A stretch of 54,248 bases of DNA from an uncultured Alphaproteobacteria bacterium (GTDB lineage: Bacteria; Pseudomonadota; Alphaproteobacteria; RF32; CAG-239), in the NCBI GenBank assembly GCA_944392325.1, contig CALXWI010000002.1:1-54248 (forward strand). Direction: 5' to 3'. The translations under genes and the position numbers were made by a program. Of this stretch, positions 51,438 to 54,248 are shown piece by piece; position 1 is the stretch's first letter, and every line of letters begins with the position of its first letter. Below the pieces are notes generated by a model that had not been told where the DNA came from, ran no database searches, and saw only the letters and a program-made list of their open reading frames with translations.

Positions 51438-53891
51438 ATGAAATTAGTAATAGTAGAGTCTCCCGCCAAAGCCAAAACCATCAACAAATACCTTGGTTCA
51501 GACTACAATGTTCTGGCAAGCTTCGGCCACATCCGCGATCTTCCAAGCAAAGACGGCTCCGTCAAACCAGACGAAGACTTTGCCATGACCTGGGAGCTCA
51601 GCCCCGGAGGCAAAAAGCGCTTAGCAGACATTATCAAGGCAGTCAAACAATGTGACACGATTGTCCTCGCATCCGACCCGGATAGAGAAGGAGAAGCCAT
51701 TGCTTGGCACATACTTGAAGAACTCAACGCCCACAAAGTCCTCAAAGGCAAAAAGATTGAACGCGTTGTCTTTCACGAAATCACCAAACACGCCGTAACT
51801 GAGGCTATTCAAAACCCGCGCACCATTGATGACAATCTCGTTTCCGCTTATATGGCACGCCGTGCTTTGGACTATCTGGTTGGTTTCACACTCTCTCCGG
51901 TTTTGTGGCGCAAGCTCCCCGGTTCCAAATCAGCCGGCCGTGTCCAATCCGTAGCGCTGAGGCTCATCTGCGACCGCGAAACCGAAATTGAAAAATTCAA
52001 GCCCGAGGAATATTGGAGCATTGATGTTGACTTGCTCACCAGCCAACAAGCGCTGATTACCTCACACTTAATCCAAATCGACGGCAAAAAGCTCGAAAAA
52101 TTTGACCTTAAAAACGAACTCAGCGCTCAAGAAGCCAAAGCCAAAATTGAGGCGCAGGACTTTGCCGTATCCAACGTTGAGCGCAAAAAAGCCAACCGCT
52201 ATCCGGCACCGCCGTTTACCACCTCAACCCTCCAGCAAGAGGCCGCTCGTAAACTGCGTTTTGGCGCCAAAAAAACCATGCAGGTTGCCCAAAAGCTCTA
52301 TGAAGCCGGTCTTATCACTTATATGAGAACCGACGCCGTCAACCTTTCGGTTGAGGCCATTGCTGCTTGCCGTGAGGCCATTGTCAAATACTTTGGCGAG
52401 GCTTATCTTCCCAAACAAGCCAAAGAATACAAAACCAAGAGCAAAAATGCCCAAGAAGCACACGAGGCCATCCGCCCCTCTGACGTTATGAACACACCTA
52501 AAAAACTTGAGGGTAAACTCGATGCTGACGGGCACAAACTCTACGAGCTCATCTGGAAGCGCACTATTGCCTGCCAAATGAACCCCGCCATTTTAGACAA
52601 GGTCGCCATTGACTTTTTATCACAAGATAAACAGATTTTATTGCGCGCCAATGGTCAGGTTATCGCCTTTGATGGTTTCTTAAAACTCTATCAAGAAAGC
52701 AAAGACGATGATAATGATGATGAAGAAAACCGCATTTTGCCTAATGTTGAAACCGGTGAAGCCGTCACCAAAGGTGAGATTCGTACCGACCAACACTTCA
52801 CCACTCCGCCTCCGCGTTTTACCGAGGCCAGCTTGGTCAAAAAGCTTGAAGAGTTAGGCATTGGTCGTCCGTCTACTTATGCCACGATTATCTCCGTCTT
52901 ACAAGAACGTAAATACGTTCGGGTTGAAAAGCTCCGTTTTATTCCTGAAGACCGCGGCCGCATTGTTACCGTATTTTTGGAAAACTTCTTCCGCAAATAC
53001 GTTGAATACGACTTTACCGCTCAGCTGGAGGAATACCTTGATGATATTTCCGCCGGAGAAATGCAGTGGAAAAAACTGCTTTCCGGTTTCTGGGCCAAGT
53101 TCATCAAAAATATTGAAGCTGTACAACCTCTGCAAATTACCGAGGTAATCAACCGTATTGATGAGGCTTTGTCTTACCACCTTTTCCCCCCGCGTGAAGA
53201 CGGCTCCGACCCAAGGAGTTGCCCACTCTGCGGACAAGGACATCTGAGTGTCAAGTTTGGTAAGTTCGGCGCCTTTATCGGCTGTTCCAACTATCCTGAA
53301 TGCAAATACACCAAACCTTTGACTGATGTCAAAGAAGAGGAAGCCAACGACACCCCCAAAGCTCCCGCCCCTGAAGACAAAGTCTTAGGCGAGATGAACG
53401 GGCTTAAAGTCTACCTCAAGAAAGGGCCGTATGGTTTCTATGTCCAATTGGGTGAAGACGCCACCGCCACGACCGAAAAGCCCAAACGCTCTTCTCTACC
53501 CAAAAACATTACTCCGGAAGAAATAACTTTTGAGCAAGCCTCGCGCTTACTCAGCCTTCCGTTTGAGCTTGGCGAGGGGATTATTGTCAGCAGTGGCAAG
53601 TTTGGCCCTTACATCAAGCAAGGCGGCAAGTCCAAATCTTTGACCGGAGCCGACAACATCTTCAACATCACGCTTGAGCGCGCCAAACAAATTTTAGAAG
53701 GTGTTGCCGAACGCCCGCAAGGTGTAGTCCTTGGACAAGACCCCAAGAGCAAGGCAGATATTACCTTAAACAACGGTCGCTACGGACCTTACCTCAAATG
53801 CGGCAAGACCAACTACGCCATTCCCAAGAACTTGCAGGGTAAAGAGCTCTCCTTAGAAGAGGCACTCCAAATCATCTCTGCCAAAAAATAA
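51438..53891 (+). CDS. topA: DNA topoisomerase I
   Basis: MKLVIVESPAKAKTINKYLG (TOPRIM), DPDREGEAI, ITYMRTD active-site Tyr region, C-terminal zinc-ribbon (CPLCG...CSNYPEC) and Lys-rich repeats. Confidence 0.96.
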   Translation: MKLVIVESPAKAKTINKYLGSDYNVLASFGHIRDLPSKDGSVKPDEDFAMTWELSPGGKKRLADIIKAVKQCDTIVLASDPDREGEAIAWHILEELNAHKVLKGKKIERVVFHEITKHAVTEAIQNPRTIDDNLVSAYMARRALDYLVGFTLSPVLWRKLPGSKSAGRVQSVALRLICDRETEIEKFKPEEYWSIDVDLLTSQQALITSHLIQIDGKKLEKFDLKNELSAQEAKAKIEAQDFAVSNVERKKANRYPAPPFTTSTLQQEAARKLRFGAKKTMQVAQKLYEAGLITYMRTDAVNLSVEAIAACREAIVKYFGEAYLPKQAKEYKTKSKNAQEAHEAIRPSDVMNTPKKLEGKLDADGHKLYELIWKRTIACQMNPAILDKVAIDFLSQDKQILLRANGQVIAFDGFLKLYQESKDDDNDDEENRILPNVETGEAVTKGEIRTDQHFTTPPPRFTEASLVKKLEELGIGRPSTYATIISVLQERKYVRVEKLRFIPEDRGRIVTVFLENFFRKYVEYDFTAQLEEYLDDISAGEMQWKKLLSGFWAKFIKNIEAVQPLQITEVINRIDEALSYHLFPPREDGSDPRSCPLCGQGHLSVKFGKFGAFIGCSNYPECKYTKPLTDVKEEEANDTPKAPAPEDKVLGEMNGLKVYLKKGPYGFYVQLGEDATATTEKPKRSSLPKNITPEEITFEQASRLLSLPFELGEGIIVSSGKFGPYIKQGGKSKSLTGADNIFNITLERAKQILEGVAERPQGVVLGQDPKSKADITLNNGRYGPYLKCGKTNYAIPKNLQGKELSLEEALQIISAKK

Positions 53892-53895
53892 AATC

Positions 53896-54027
53896 AAGCC
53901 CTGTCTGATCTGTCCTTTCTTGTTGCTTGTTAGTATAAAAAATTCTCCCGAAAATTGCTATCACAATCTTCGGGAGCTTTTTTTACTGTCCAACTTTCGG
54001 GGGACAGATCATCTTTGGACAGGGCTT
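53896..54027. repeat. Long-range inverted repeat enclosing the topA terminator
   Basis: AAGCCCTGTCTGATCTGTCC (53896-53915) matches the complement of GGACAGATCA (54002-54011) plus GACAGGGCTT (54018-54027). The right arm carries a 6-nt interruption. Confidence 0.7.
53945..53984 (+). terminator. Rho-independent terminator after topA
   Basis: CTCCCGAA (53945-53952) pairs with TTCGGGAG (53969-53976), followed by CTTTTTTT. Confidence 0.75.
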
Positions 54028-54077
54028 TATTATTTTAATATCTAAACCTCCACATCTAGGCATCTAACAAGCCCAGA

Positions 54078-54248
54078 CTACTCAGCCTCTTTGTGGTGAC
54101 GTTCTTTTTCCATTTTTTTGAGCAGCATATTGCGCTTCAAGCGGCTGATTCGGTCAATATACAAAATCCCATCCAGATGGTCCATCTCATGCTGAATCAC
54201 TATGGCAAAAAAATCTTCCGCCAAAACTTCCTGCTGCTTGCCGTGATA
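54078..54248 (-). CDS. def: Peptide deformylase, C-terminal fragment (gene continues beyond the window)
   Basis: Manual minus-strand translation: ...[56 protein letters not shown]. It contains deformylase motif 3 (QHEMDHLDG). TAG at 54078-54080. Confidence 0.85.
   Translation of the reverse strand, partial: YHGKQQEVLAEDFFAIVIQHEMDHLDGILYIDRISRLKRNMLLKKMEKERHHKEAE

Overview
This window reads as core chromosome of an alphaproteobacterium. The taxon call is inferred from MipZ, HdaA, a CckA-like hybrid kinase, a stand-alone F1 atpHAGDC operon, the plsY-dprA-topA order, and an Ala/Lys/Pro-rich N-terminal extension on AtpD. Most of the 54 kb is housekeeping: rpmG, xthA, dgt, nagZ, glmS, tRNA-His, a DD-carboxypeptidase, pgm, fliQ-fliR-flhB, an EptA-like transferase, a TetR/RND efflux operon, fmt, the pyrH-frr-uppS-cdsA-rseP-bamA-lpxD-fabZ envelope cluster, and a def fragment at the window end. 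I found no CRISPR array, integrase, transposase, prophage, toxin-antitoxin pair or recognisable defence system, and I cannot point to a complete new multi-gene system. The non-ordinary signals are four. (1) Two paralogous secreted cysteine-rich tandem-repeat proteins (31..1038 and 15296..17323) share a signal peptide and a DUF1566-like C-terminal domain. (2) A family of small palindromic, MITE-like repeat elements is present. One 44-bp module is identical, in inverted orientation, next to tRNA-His and inside the reading frame of the larger Cys-rich gene, where a block of palindromes forms an in-frame insert of about 120 aa. This resembles what is known for Rickettsia palindromic elements. (3) tRNA-His has a duplicated 3' end bracketing a structured insert of about 220 bp. 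(4) A 680-aa orphan protein carries an HExxH motif and a Gln/Pro-rich region. All family assignments come from reading motifs in the translations. No database search was run.
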